Below are positions 22,112 through 40,762 of a stretch of DNA of 64,000 nt, piece by piece. The position numbers and the translations under genes were made by a program. A model generated the notes under the pieces. It ran no database searches and was not told the DNA's origin. It saw only the letters and a list, made by a program, of their open reading frames with translations. The stretch lies in assembly GCF_009914755.1 (NCBI RefSeq), contig NC_060941.1, one strand, 5' to 3'. Positions within the stretch are counted from its first letter, which is position 1, and each line of letters starts with the position of its first letter. This DNA is from the human T2T-CHM13v2.0 reference genome, Homo sapiens.

Positions 22112-23726
22112 CATTGAACTTGGAGCAAAGCTTTAATAGCAGGCACTGGACAAACCCAGGAGGCCTCCTCAGTGAGGGGCTGCAGAAAGTAGATACAGAA
22201 AGACAACAGGTCATGAACCGGGGCCCAGATGGACACTCGGGGCATGGCAGTAGCATGCTGGCAGCTGGAGCTGATGGCTGTGCCATGGCCCTTGAGGTGG
22301 GGCTGTCACAGGCAGAAAGGGGCCTCAGTGGGTGGAGAGGTGGACCTGCTCACAGAAGGAGACCACCTCTCCAACCTGGACTTCCTCCGTGATGGCACAC
22401 CTGGTGGCTGGTCACTGTGGCTGCAGGCGATGGAGGAGGGAGGCACAGGGAACGTCAGGCAGGAGCTCTTCCCCCTACCTGCCCCTGAGTCTGTGGTCCC
22501 CCCAGTCTCCCACACAGAAGGGCCCTCAGCCTCTCCCCTGCCTTGGGGTCCACACAGCAGGAGAGGGCAACTTCTTACCTTCCCGGGTGGGCTGCGAGGC
22601 CAGGGACAAGGAATACTGAGTGGCCAGCCTGCAGGGAGAGGAGCACCCATCAGCCCAGGGATGCCAGCCAGCCCAGGCTCCTGCAAGCGCTGCTGGCATG
22701 AAGCAGGACCTGGCAGAGGAGGTTCCCCCAAATTGGTGAAAAATCACAGTTGGGAATGCACAGAAATTAGCACAGGCCCAAGAATGAAAGGGCAGGGGTT
22801 CAGCGCAGCAGGAAGAAGAAAAAGAAACAGCACAGCAGTAGGCCTGGAGGCACTCACCAGGAATTTACAAGGAGAAGCTGAGCAAGTGGTTTTTCCATAT
22901 CCCAGAGGGCCCAACAAATAGACCCAATTAAAGCAGGAGAGACTGTCGTTAGACTATAGATGGACTTCACCATTTTCGGGGAGCAAAAAGCTGCAACGTG
23001 TGACTAAGCATGGAGACTCCAGGAAACTGTCAGCTGAAGGCCTGATCACCCTTCCCACCTGCAAACCCGACCACCACCCACCTTGCTCTTCACCCTGTGG
23101 CTGATGGTATCACCACTCACACAGTCGTCGGAACCAGAAACCCAGGGCCATCAATGCCCACTCCTTCATATGTGTTCACCCGACACTTACTGAGTCCTGA
23201 CTGTGAGCCACGCTTACCCTGAGATCCAGGCATCCAGTCCTGCTGTTTTGAGCTATAACCTCTCTTCTGCGTGCACCACCTTCCTTCCCCTGCTGCCCCA
23301 CCCCCCCTCCACCCCGCAGGACTTCTCTGGCCAGACTCCCTACTCCAGCCCCCTGACGCATCTCTCTGGCCCCACCCTGACCCCTCTGATCCATTTCTCC
23401 CTCTGCAGCCAGAGTGAATGTTCTAAAATATCTTGATGTTCATTCCCCTCTTCAGCTCCAAATCCCTCCATGGCTCCCCATTGCCTACGTGATCTAGTCC
23501 AGACGCTTTAACTTGGCATTCAAGGCTCCTCAGTCAGACTCCAGCCTGCATGGTCAGTTTCACCTCCTGCAAACCCCCACAGGTTCCCACATTCACACCT
23601 CCTGAACTTCGCTGGTGCTCAGACACCAACTTCTCCCTGGGTGAAGCGGGTCCCCAGGCCGCCCCAGCAGGTACCCGGGTGCACACTCACTGGGCGTCCT
23701 CAACCCCCAGCAAGCGGCGGTAGGTG
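22112..23726 (-). pseudogene. 3' fragment of a keratin 42 (KRT42P-like) pseudogene: end of exon 6, exon 7, exon 8 and 3'UTR
   Basis: 23691-23726 TYRRLLGVEDA|gtgagt; 22579-22628 LATQYSLSLASQPTRE; 22325-22420 TVTSHQV(frameshift)..EEVQVGEVVSFCEQVHLSTH*; ATTAAA at 22132-22137. It lies directly upstream of the KRT17 copy, as KRT42 does at the parent locus. Confidence 0.82.
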
Positions 23727-24330
23727 TCAATTAGTTCAACTTCTATGGAAAAAGTAGGGAGGTATCTCAAAGAACTAAAAGTACAACTACCTTTCGACCC
23801 AGCAATCCCACTACTGGGTATCTACCCAAAGGGAAAGAAATCATTATATAAAAAGGCACTGCACTCCCATGTTTATCGCAGCATAACTTACAACAGCAAG
23901 GTCATGGAACCAAGGTAAGTATCCACCAGCGGTTCATTAAATAAAGAAAATGTGGTACATATACACCACAAAGTACTAGGCAGTCATAAAAAAGAACAAA
24001 ATCAAGTCCTTTGCAGCAACACAGATGCAGCTGAAGGTCATTATCCTAAGCGAATTAATGCAGAAACAGCCAAATATTGCATGTTCTCATGTATTAAGTG
24101 AGAACAATGGGTACACATGGACATGAAGATGGAGAGAATACACTCTGGGGACTCAAAATTTGGGGGGGAAAGTTGAAAACGTACCTACTGGGTACAACCT
24201 CCAATATTTGGGTGATGGGTATGCTAGAAGCTCAACCCCCCCATTGTGCATGTGATATACATATAACAAACAAGCACGTGTACCTTCTGAATCTAAAATA
24301 AAATAGAAAAAGAAAAAAGCCAAAGAAAAA
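23727..24330 (+). mobile_element. Older L1 3' fragment (L1PB/L1MA-type) with A-rich tail
   Basis: ORF2-end peptide [15 protein letters not shown] and L1 3'UTR; abuts and truncates the keratin exon. Confidence 0.85.
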
Positions 24331-24648
24331 CATCCCGGTAATCCAGGGAGCAGCGGCTACTGCCTCCACTGCTCACTGCAGCCCGCAGGTTCCACGCCGG
24401 CAGCTCCTGCCTGCGGGGCAGTGGAGCTGCGGAGAATGGTGGGATGGGTCTAGGTGCCAGGGCCAGAGCCCAGGAGGGGCACTGAGTAGGGGCCTGGCCG
24501 GCCTCTCCCTTGCACCGGAGCAGGGGTGCCTGGTGAAACGGACAATCTGATGCTCTCTGGGCCCTGCCCATGTTCCCCTTCCATCCACCCTCCTTTGCAT
24601 CTTTCTGTGCCTGGGGTCCCCATAGGAAGCGGTCACATCCAGACTCAC

Positions 24649-24830
24649 CAGGCCTGAGATGCTGGAGGATGGAGAAGCGCTTGCCACGGGAAAAATCCTC
24701 CAGGAACACATGAACAAAACTTCGCCTGCACCTGGGACATCCTTCTCTACGGCTGGCCTATGAGGCAAGTGTTCTGCACACGCTCCTTGGCTAACTCCAA
24801 TGCAGAGGAGCACATGAGCCCAACCTCCAC
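24649..24830 (-). other. Mirror-image candidate first exon on the minus strand
   Basis: Paralogous to 25108-25304, follows the minus-strand TATA, ends in CTG|gtgagt (24648-24643). Confidence 0.4.
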
Positions 24831-24847
24831 GGCAGGTGCAGATCTTT

Positions 24848-25112
24848 GCCTCCCTTTTATAATGTCTGTATTCAAATGACATACCCTGGAAGCCTCTTTC
24901 TGATAGGATGAGAGCAGACTCTGTACTACAACACAGATTGGATAAGTCTCCAACTCTGATTAGTTAAGATTATCCAGTCAGAGCAGGAGACTATTATCCA
25001 ATAAGAGTTGTCGAAAAAGGTTCCTTCTCACCCAATCAAAACCAAGCTTCCAAGATACAGCGGTTGAGTACAGCCGTTATAAAAGGGAGGCGAAGGCCCA
25101 TTCCGCCATTTT
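24848..25112. promoter_or_regulatory. Candidate bidirectional Pol II promoter
   Basis: TATAAAA on + (25078-25084) and on - (24855-24861); CCAAT at 24998, 25032 (+) and 24937 (-); YY1-type CCGCCATTTT 25103-25112 about 25 bp after the + TATA; MYB-type sites at 25061-25066 and 25074-25079. Confidence 0.65.
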
Positions 25113-25304
25113 CTCTTCGTGGAGGCTGGGTTCGCGTGCTCTTCTGAGCTGTGGTCGTCATGGACCGGAAGCGTGTGCGGCGCGCCTGCCTTGAGGCCAG
25201 CATCAGGGAAGGGTGTCCCAGGTGCAGGCGAAGCTTCCTTCAGGTGCTCCTGGAGGACTTTTGGCTCGCAAGCGCTTCTCCATTCTCCCAACGTCTCGGG
25301 CCTG
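25108..25304 (+). other. Candidate first exon, possibly of the SMURF2P1-LRRC37BP1 readthrough-type transcript
   Basis: CpG-rich, follows TATA/YY1, ends in consensus donor CTG|gtgagt (25305); strong-Kozak ATG at 25160. Confidence 0.55.
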
Positions 25305-27879
25305 GTGAGTCTGGATGTGAGCGCATCCCACGGGGCCCAAGGCACAGAGAGAGGGAGGAACGGGGTGGAGGGAGGGAAGCGTGTGCAGGGGCCAGGAGCG
25401 CCAGGCTGCTCGGGCTTCCCGGCCCCCGCAGCCCGCCAGGAGCTGTGGCCCCGCTGGTGCCAAGGCAGAGGCCTGCCCTCCTGCTGCTGGCGCTGTCACC
25501 TCCCCGTGCTCCTGCCTCCTGAGTCCCTGAGGGCCTCCTGTCATCTGGAACTGGAAATGTTAGTGAAGTGACGTTTTGTGAATATTTATTGGCCTTTGCG
25601 TCTTTGTCTTCATTTTCAGTGCTGGCTTTTCTGTTGGGTCATTTGTATTCTTACGTTGATTTGAAGAATTTAAAAAGGTATTCTATAAATTAATCCTTTA
25701 TGGGGTCATTTGTAGTGCAGATAGTTGTTTCTTAGTCTGGTCATTGTACCTTAATTATATTTCACATTTCTTTCTTGCTGGTAAATAAGAAGCTAATTGA
25801 TTTTATAGATTGATTTTGTATCGTGTTACCTGGCTTAATTCACATATTCATAGCCATCATTTTTGGATTGTGGTGGGTTTTTCATGTACTTATGTACATG
25901 TAGTTATGTACTTACGTACTTACGTACTTAAATACTTACGTACTTAGTGTCAGCCACGCGTGTGTCTCCATCCTTGTGCCTGAAGCCTGTATCTTCTCTC
26001 CAGTATCACCATCCCGTAATGACTGAAGCCCACGTCTGCCCTTGTGTATTGTCACCTGGTCTGTCCTCTGCCTGCACTTTATGCCCCCTGTCAGAAGTCT
26101 CCATTTCTTGGTCCTGCAGCCCGTGCCAGCCGTGTGAGTCTCCATCCTGTGTGCTTGCAGCACATTGCTTGCCTTGAATGTTGCCATCTCCTTAGCCTTC
26201 AGGCAGTAGCAGTCCTCCAGTGCCTCAATCCCTGTGTTTGCAGCCCATTCTGATGTTTTTGTCCGTCTGTCCCCTGAGCTTCTGCCCATGCCAGCTTATG
26301 TTTGCTACATTCTCTGTCCCCCTAATCCGTGTCCACAGTCAGTGTTTTCATCCATGCTTTTTGGGCCATGTCTGCACTCGTGTGTCTCCTTCCCCTGTGC
26401 CTTCAGCCCATTTCTGTCCTTTTTCTGGATCATTTCTCCCGGGAGACTATGCCCAAAACTCCTATCCCCAGTGTTTGTACGTGCAGCCAGTCTATTTCGT
26501 TGAGTATCTCCGTCTGTTGTTACTGCAGCAGAGGCGTGTCATTGAGTGTGCCTGCTTCCCATGCCTGTCTTCCTGTGTCTCCAGCCCTTGTCCATGCAGC
26601 CCACATTAGGACTCTTGTGACTCCACCCTTCAGCCTACAGCCACATCTACCTTCGGGTATCTTTATCTCTGTGCCCACTGCCCACGCCAACCTTCACCTA
26701 CTCCTCTATCCTGCACCTTTACCCGTGTCTGTCCCTGGTGTGCCTCTCTGCCATGCAGCTGTAGCCAGCGAGCTCCCTTTTTGTCTGGATCCCCTGTGAT
26801 TGTAGCCCAGGTCTTCTCTCCTGTGCCTGCAGCCCGTGTCTGCCCTTGAATGTCCCCATCCTCTGTGCTTGTCACCCATTGGCCAGGCCTAGCATGTTTC
26901 CACTCTGTGCCTACACCCATGTCTGCCTCCAGGGTCTCCACTCATGGTGCCACAGTTTGGTTCCCGGTCCCTATCCTCCTGGGGTGGATTCTGGCATTGT
27001 GTTGGGAGGGAGAAGGTGACCCATGAAAGCGAAGCCTGGAATGATGTAATGGGCAAGGAGGCTGCCATTCAGCAGGCTGCACAGTGGCAGAGAAGACATG
27101 GCCAGTCAGAATCCTCCCTGCATCGGGGCACTCACGTGGGGCTGTGCCTGGTGTGGGGAGTAAGGGGAAGCTGGAGTAGGAGGTCTGGAGCCACCTGGCC
27201 CTCTTGGGCCTGAGACCCTCCCCACTGCAGGGGCTCCATCACTTCCCTGGTGGTCCTGCCTCCTGGGATCCTGCCCTGCAGTGTTTCTGCGGGGATCCTC
27301 TCACCTGGAACTTGCAGTGGCGGGTTTCATGTGAGGTAGAGTTTAGCAAATGTTTATTGGCGTCTGGGCCTTACTTTTCTTCATATGCTTTGCTCATTTT
27401 GTGCGTGTTTTTGTAGGGTCCTTTTTTTATATTTATTTGAAGGATTTATCTTAAATCTGCAAATTGATCCTTTATTGGCTCATTTTTGTCATAGATACTT
27501 GTTCTCTAGTTTGATCATTATTTTCTATTGGTTTCATACTAGTATATAGTAATCTGGTTGATAACAATAATGTATCCAGTAAGTTATTAATTGAAACAGT
27601 TTTGGGGTTTCCAAGGATTGTCTAGGCATGTAATAGTGTCATATACACATAATGACAATTTTTTTTGTTTAAAAATTAATCCTAATGCCTTTTTATTTCC
27701 TACTGTATTGTTTCTCCACTACAATGCTGATTAAAGAGTGATAGCAGGCATCCTCGTCTGTTCTTGCACTGGGGGAAAAAGCTTCCCATAATTCTCTGTT
27801 AGTTATGTTATTTGTTATTGGCTAGTATTAGACTTTATCAGATTTCATCAAATTAAGGAAGTTGCTTTTTTTTTTTTGA

Positions 27880-28017
<138 letters not shown>

Positions 28018-29194
28018 TAGACCTAGCCCAGATAGTAAATTAGCAGGGCTGGGAGTCTCTGTCATATCAGCAGTCATATGTCTTAAAACCAGAATCTACC
28101 CAGATTATATATATATATCTTGTATCTGCCGCTGCCATTACCTTCTTTTCACTTTATGTCAAAAAAAGGAAAAGAATCCCAGCACTGAGGCAGGAGGATT
28201 GCTTGAGCCCAGGAGTTTAAGTCTGCAGTGAGCTGTGATAGCACCACTCCACTCCAGCCTGGGTGACAGAGGGAGACCCTGTCTGAAAAAAAGAAAAGAA
28301 AAGAAAACCTGTCATGTTACTGACCAGTAATAGGGGCTCCCAAAGTATAAACTCGCCTCAGACCCCTGTTTGTTCTTCCTGCTACCCTGTCCATTCTGCC
28401 TCTGCCCGGTTCCGAGGCTGGACCATACCATGAAGGAAGGCCCCTTGGTTACAGCCTCCCCAGCCCGTCAGCCATGCTGCCAAGAACACTGGAAAGAGTG
28501 AAAAGCTAGAGGGAGGTGGCTGCCTGCAGGAGGTTTAGCATAAAGGAAATAGGAATGGTAACAGGAAATTGAAGAAAACAGTTAAAAAGAGCAGTCATTC
28601 AAGAAGGACTCCACTGATGCCACCTGTGCTGTCCCCCACCTGACAGAAATGGACTGAGGCAGCTGCCAGAGTGGATATGCAAAGGCAATTCACATGTTCA
28701 TTAGTGCCCTTTTATAATGTAACCTAGTCATAATGAGATTGCAGGGAAGAGATGGAAAATAAGATGTTTCCAAGCTTGATCATAAGAATAGTATTTCCTG
28801 CTGGCGTGATTGTGTGTGTGTGAATATTTTGGATTAGTTTTCAAAACATTTTACATTTGATGAGACCCAAAACTCATTTTGCCTTGAGTAATTTTTATTC
28901 ATTGTTAAATCTGTGTAAAATTAGAAATATAAATGTGTCTGCTTTATTTACTCTTCACAAAATATGGTGTCTAGACCTGTTTGTCTATGATGCCTCATAG
29001 GCTTGTTCTCTCAGAATTAGGAAGCCAAAAAAAAGTGGTGAAAGTCAGATGGTTCATAGTCTTTTTGAAAACCAGTAGCCATGTGCATTTTACTTAAAAT
29101 AACTTTTCTTTTTACCTCACCAAAGTACAGCATGATAGGTTATGTTCAATCCCTCTCTCTCTCCGTGTGTGTGTACATATATATGTATTTTACT

Positions 29195-30605
<1,411 letters not shown>

Positions 30606-30759
30606 ATAAGAGTTTTTGAAAACAGAAATCAGTATGTATTTTATCAAATGATTTAGAGTACAAAATTTTTCTCTCTTAATGTGATACAACAAGAGAATGA
30701 CTTTGAAAAATTTTCTAATGTAGAACCAGTCCTGAATTTCTGAGATTAATTCATTCAAC

Positions 30760-33520
<2,761 letters not shown>

Positions 33521-34299
33521 AGTGAGGCTAAGTGACTTTACCACACGGGAGAAACGTCACTAAATTTATCTGTTGTTGGGAGTGACCCAGTGAGGGGAGG
33601 GACTGCTGGTGCAAGGGAGCAGGGGAGCTGCTGGGGCCCTGCCTGAGAAGCTGCAGGTGGTGGATCCAGAGCTCCAGGGGAGGCCTGGCTTTGGCTCGGA
33701 GCCTGGACCGTCCATCCATGGTGAGAGGAGAGGACACAGAATTGGGACACAAACATAGGGAGGTGGGTGGTTTTGCCTGTGTGGGGAGGTGGAAGTTCAC
33801 TCTTAAATGCTTCTCCTGGTTTCTCAGTGATCAGAAGTGAGGTCAGCAGCTGAGGCTAAGGATGAAGGAGAAAGTGTTGGAGGTTTGAGGAAAGAGGAGA
33901 GAGTCTGAATAGCTTTTCTGGAGAGAAAGCAAGACAGAGAGAAAGAAGGAGAATGGTCAACAGCAACATAGTAGGATTCTTAGGAAGCAAAAAGGGCTGC
34001 GTGATCATGAATTTTGAAGCGAGATTGTTTTTTCTCCAGACACACTGAGCTGAATGGGTGCAGGCTCCAGCTTGTAAACTTTTGCTCTTTTTATTGACCT
34101 TTTGCACAGAACCAATATTTTGCTTTAGGCCAGGCGCGGTGGTGCCTTCCTGTAATCCCAGCACTTTGGGAGGCCAAGGTGGGCGGATCACCTGAGATCA
34201 GGAGTTTGAGACCAGCCTGACCAATATGGTGAAACCCTGTCTCTAATAAAAGTACAAAAATTAGCTGGGCCTGGTGGCACGCACCTGTAGTACCAGCTA

Positions 34300-34480
<181 letters not shown>

Positions 34481-34568
34481 TTATTTCTTTGAGGTCTCCC
34501 ATCTTTGAGAGTTGAACATTTGGCTTCTTTATTATCAGGGGTTTTTTTTTCTTTTTTTTGAGACGTAG

Positions 34569-34826
<258 letters not shown>

Positions 34827-35420
34827 TGAGCCCAGGAGGTTCAAGACCAGCCTGGGCAACATGGCAAAACCCCATCACTGCCAAAAGTACAAAAAAATTA
34901 GCCTTGTGTGGTCGTGTACACCTGTGGTCCCTGCTACTTGGGAGCCTGAGGTGGGAGGATCTCTTAAGCCTGGGGGCAGAGGTTGCAGTGAGCAGAGATC
35001 ACGCCACTTGTATTCCAGCTTGGGAGATGGAGTGAGACCCCGTCTCAAAAAAAAAAAAAGGCATGTCTTTTATCTGAGTCTTTTAAAGCATCCTTTGAAA
35101 GAGTTTTATATTTTTCCTCATAAAGATTTTGTGCATTTGTGTTAGGTTAATTCCAGGATACACAATAATTTCTGGTGCTATTGTGTCATATCTTAATTCA
35201 CATTTTCTCATTACTTATTGAATCAGTAGTATCAGTTACATCATTTATGTATGGCTGCATAATAAACCACTCCCTAAACTCAGTGAATAAACACAACCAG
35301 GCCAGGCACAGTGGCTCACAGCTGTAATCCCAGCACTTTGGGAGGCCAAGGTGGGCAGATCACCTGAGGTCAGGAGTTCGAGAACACCCTGGCCAACATG
35401 GTGAAATCCCATCTCTACTA

Positions 35421-35558
<138 letters not shown>

Positions 35559-35840
35559 CTACAGACAGAGCAAGACTCCATCTCAAAAAAAAAACCACAA
35601 CCATGTTATTACTCATGATTCTGGGGGGTCAGAGTTTCAGGCAGCTCTCTGCAGAAAGTGCTTCACATGACATCAGTGGGGTGACTGGACTGTCTTAGAG
35701 GCTTCAAGATGGCTTCATTCACATGTTTGAGGGCCTGGTGGTGGGCAGGAGAGCAAAGGCACATTGCAAAGGGGTGGATCCGGAGAGGCATGATTCACTG
35801 GGGATAGTTTTTAATATTTTACCTTAGTGAGGAGGAACAT

Positions 35841-36298
35841 TGTATTGGTTAGATTTATGTGTCAATTTGACTGGGCCATGGGGTGCCCAGGTATTTGGTC
35901 ACACATTATTCTGGGTGTTTCTGTGAGGGTGTTTTTGGGTGAGCGTAACATTTAAATTGGTAAACTGAGTCAAGCAGATTGCCCTCCATAATGTGGGTGG
36001 GCCTCATCCAATAAGTTGAAGGCCTGATCAGAACAAAAGGCTCACCATCCCCCAAGTAGGAGAATTCTCCTGCCTGATGGCCTTGGCCTTTGAAATGAGT
36101 CATTGGCTCTTCCTGGTTCTACAGTAGCTTCCTGACTTCACACTTAAACTGAGACATTGATTCAGACTTGGGCTGATTTGGATTTGCCAGCCTCCATAAT
36201 TGCATAAGCCAATTCCTTCTAATAATCCTTTTTTATTCCTTATGAATGAATGAATGAATGCACCCTAGTGACTGTTTCTCTAGAGACCCCTGACTATT
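35841..36298 (+). mobile_element. MLT2 (ERVL) LTR
   Basis: Starts tgtattggttagatttatgtgtcaatttgactgggcca..; contains 'gcagattgccctccataatgtgggtgggcctcatccaat'; ends 'tctctagagacccctgacta'. Confidence 0.85.
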
Positions 36299-36300
36299 AA

Positions 36301-36578
<278 letters not shown>

Positions 36579-37093
36579 TGAGCCACCATGCCTGGCTATT
36601 AATTTTTTAAGTGATCATTTACACAGCAATGTTGGTGAACTTTCTGATTCATAAATTTTTTGCTTCCCTAATAAACCTTATAACTCTAATTTATTTTTCT
36701 TGCCTTATAATGATGGCAAAGACTTCCAATACTACAATTAAATGTAGCTTTGACAATGGCTATCTTTGCCTTTTTTCCCCAATTCAAAGCAAAATGAGTC
36801 TGAAATTTCTCAGCTAACCATAATGTCTTTCTGTAGGTTTTTAGTAGATGTCAAGTTAAGGGTATTCTGTTCCTAACTTTCTGATAGTTTTTTTTAACCA
36901 TAAATAGCTGTTTACCTTTGCCAAATGCCTTTTCTGCATTTACTGAGATAACTGTATGTTTTGCTTTTATATTGATTAATTTTCTAATGTCAAATTATTT
37001 TGATGGGCCTGACTTTTGTCCTCTTTTCTATTTGATTTACTAACATTTTATTTAGAATTTTACCATCTTTGTTGATAAGTAAAATGAGCCTAA

Positions 37094-37883
<790 letters not shown>

Positions 37884-39312
37884 TTGAGGATCCTTCTTTA
37901 TCTTCCTCTGATGCCCTTCTATGAGAATGAATCTGTTTTGGAAGAAAACGCAATTAAGATTCTGCATCACAACAACCATTAGCTCCAAATCTGTATTCAT
38001 TCCTTTTATTCATTATAAGTCTCATCTACCCGAAGAGATAACTTTTTTGAAGACAGGAATTATATGCTGTTTAACAGTGCTTTGATTCTTCCACAGTTCA
38101 GTCATCCTTGCTACCTTGCGGGGGACTGGTTCTAGGATACTGCTTCCACAGCATACCAGAATCTGGATGCTCAATCCCTTACATATAATGGTGCAGTATT
38201 TGCACATAACTAACACACATCCCCCCATATACTTTATTTACTTACTTAGAGACAGGATCACCCTCTGTTGCTCAGGCTGGAGTGCAATGTCACAATCACA
38301 GCTCACTGCAGCCTCAACCTCCTGGGCTCCAGTGATCTGCCCACCTCAGCCTCTTGAGTAGCTGGGACTACAGGTGCATACCACCACACTGGCTAATTTT
38401 TCATTTTTATTTTTAGTAAAGACAAGATCTCACTATGCTGCCCAGGTTGGCCTCCCAAAGTGTTGGGATTACAAGTGTGAGCCACTGTGCCTGGTCCCAT
38501 GTACTTTAAGTCATCACTAATAAAATGTATAGATATTGTACAATGGTGACAGTTGTTATATTGTACTTTCTATTTGTATTTTTATTGTTTCTTTTTTCAA
38601 ATATTCAGCCTCATCTAATTGAATCTGAAGATGTGGACCTGCTGATGAAGAGGGCTGACTGTATCTAACTTAGGGTCTTGCATGCAGCTGGCACTTAATA
38701 CATTTTATTGACTGTTTTAGCTAACATTCAACAGACAATTCCTAATAATAATTTAAAAAAAACTCTTAAAAGTAGGAAATAAAGGAAACCTGAGTCCTTC
38801 CTCTAAAGTGGCATGAAAACCAGCCTGGAAAGCATAGCGAGACCTTATCTCTACAAAAAAATTTTTAAAATTAGCTGCTTGCCTGTAGTCCCAGCCACTC
38901 AGGAAGCTGAGGCAGGAAGATCCCTTAAGCCCAGGAGTTTGAGGTTACAGTGAGCTAGATCACACCATTACTCCCCAGCCTGGGTGACAACAAGGCCCTG
39001 AGAAAGAAAAACAAAGAAAGGAAAGGAAAAAAAGGGAAAGGAAAGGAAGGAAAGAGTATAAGTATTGAAAAGGAAGAGACAAAACTATCATTATTTGCAT
39101 ATGAAATGATAAATGTTAGACAGCCTAAGAAGCCTGAGAGACTCAACTAAGATTTTACTGGAAGTAATATGAGAATTCAGTATGGTATGTCAGCCTGGGT
39201 GACACAGTGAGATCATGTCTCAAATTTTTTTTTATCTACATAAGCAGAATAGGCACAAAAATTATCTAAGATATCTTTTTTTTATTAATTTATTTTTATT
39301 TTTTTTTTTTAG

Positions 39313-39606
<294 letters not shown>

Positions 39607-40500
39607 TAAACTGCAGGCACTGATTCAGTAGGTCTGAGCTGCGGGCAGAGACCCAGTACTTGTCTAATAGGCTTCCTCTGAAGCCAGGCTGCAATTCTGC
39701 ACCACACTTGGAAGAGCAGGTTCAAGACCAGTGTATCTTCTGCCATTTCAAACTACTCAAAAATCCTTCCTCCTATCTCAAGGTCTGTCTCAATGTAATT
39801 CCAATTGCATCCCCACCACACTGGTCCTGGCTACTTCCTGCAGAACCACATGGAACAAATTTAATTGACCTGAACTTGATAGCTTATCAGCTATGTTAAG
39901 GCAGCTAGCTGTTAGGGTCCCTTGAGTTTTCTTTTCTTTTCTTTTGAGACAGGGTCTCACTCTGTCACCCAGGCTGGAGTGTAGTGGCACAATCTTGGCT
40001 CCCAGGTTCAAGCGATTCTCATGCCTCAGTCTCCCCAGTAGCTGAGACTACACGTGTGCACCACCACGCCTGGCTAATTTTTGTATTTTTTAGTAGAGAT
40101 GGGTTTTCGCCATGTTAGCCAGGCTGGTCTCAAACTCTGAGCCTCAAGCGATCTGCCCACCACAGCTTCCCAAAGTGCTGGAATTACAGGCGTGAGCCAC
40201 TGCGCCCAGCCGACAATTAGATATCTTTGAAAGAAAGACTCTATAGCAGTTGATGATAACGCAGAAGTTTTTAGTTTTAGTTTATTGACGTGACCCTTCT
40301 CCTGACTGTGTAACCACTTATCTTCCTCTTCCCATTCATCTAATATGGGGTGGTATAATATGTGATATTACCAATAAAATTCTAATATATGCTTTTTGTG
40401 GAAAATTCAGAAAACATCGAAGCTAAACATGAAAATCTGCCAGGCAAGGTGGCTTACCCCTATAATTCCAGCACTTTGGGAGGCCAAGGCAGGCAGATCA

Positions 40501-40762
<262 letters not shown>

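Larger units (their letters stand above)
24545..25405. repeat. Diverged palindrome (inverted duplication, arms ~430 bp, centre ~24968)
   Basis: Exact inverted blocks: 24848-24862/25077-25091 (15 bp), 24720-24739/25214-25233 (20 bp), 24669-24684/25268-25283 (16 bp), 24633-24654/25299-25320 (22 bp). Similarity continues to within a few bp of the centre. Confidence 0.92.

Noticed and set aside
22229-22921. 230-aa plus-strand ORF
   Set aside because: Antisense to KRT42-like exons in GC-rich DNA; a chance open frame.
24955-25040. DUX4-like motifs (tgattagttaa, tcacccaatca) in the palindrome core
   Set aside because: Imperfect matches to TAAYYYAATCA; better explained as CCAAT-box variants.
24848-25112. 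Histone H2A/H2B-like divergent gene pair
   Set aside because: The TATA/CCAAT layout is similar, but there are no histone ORFs or stem-loops and both units have splice donors.
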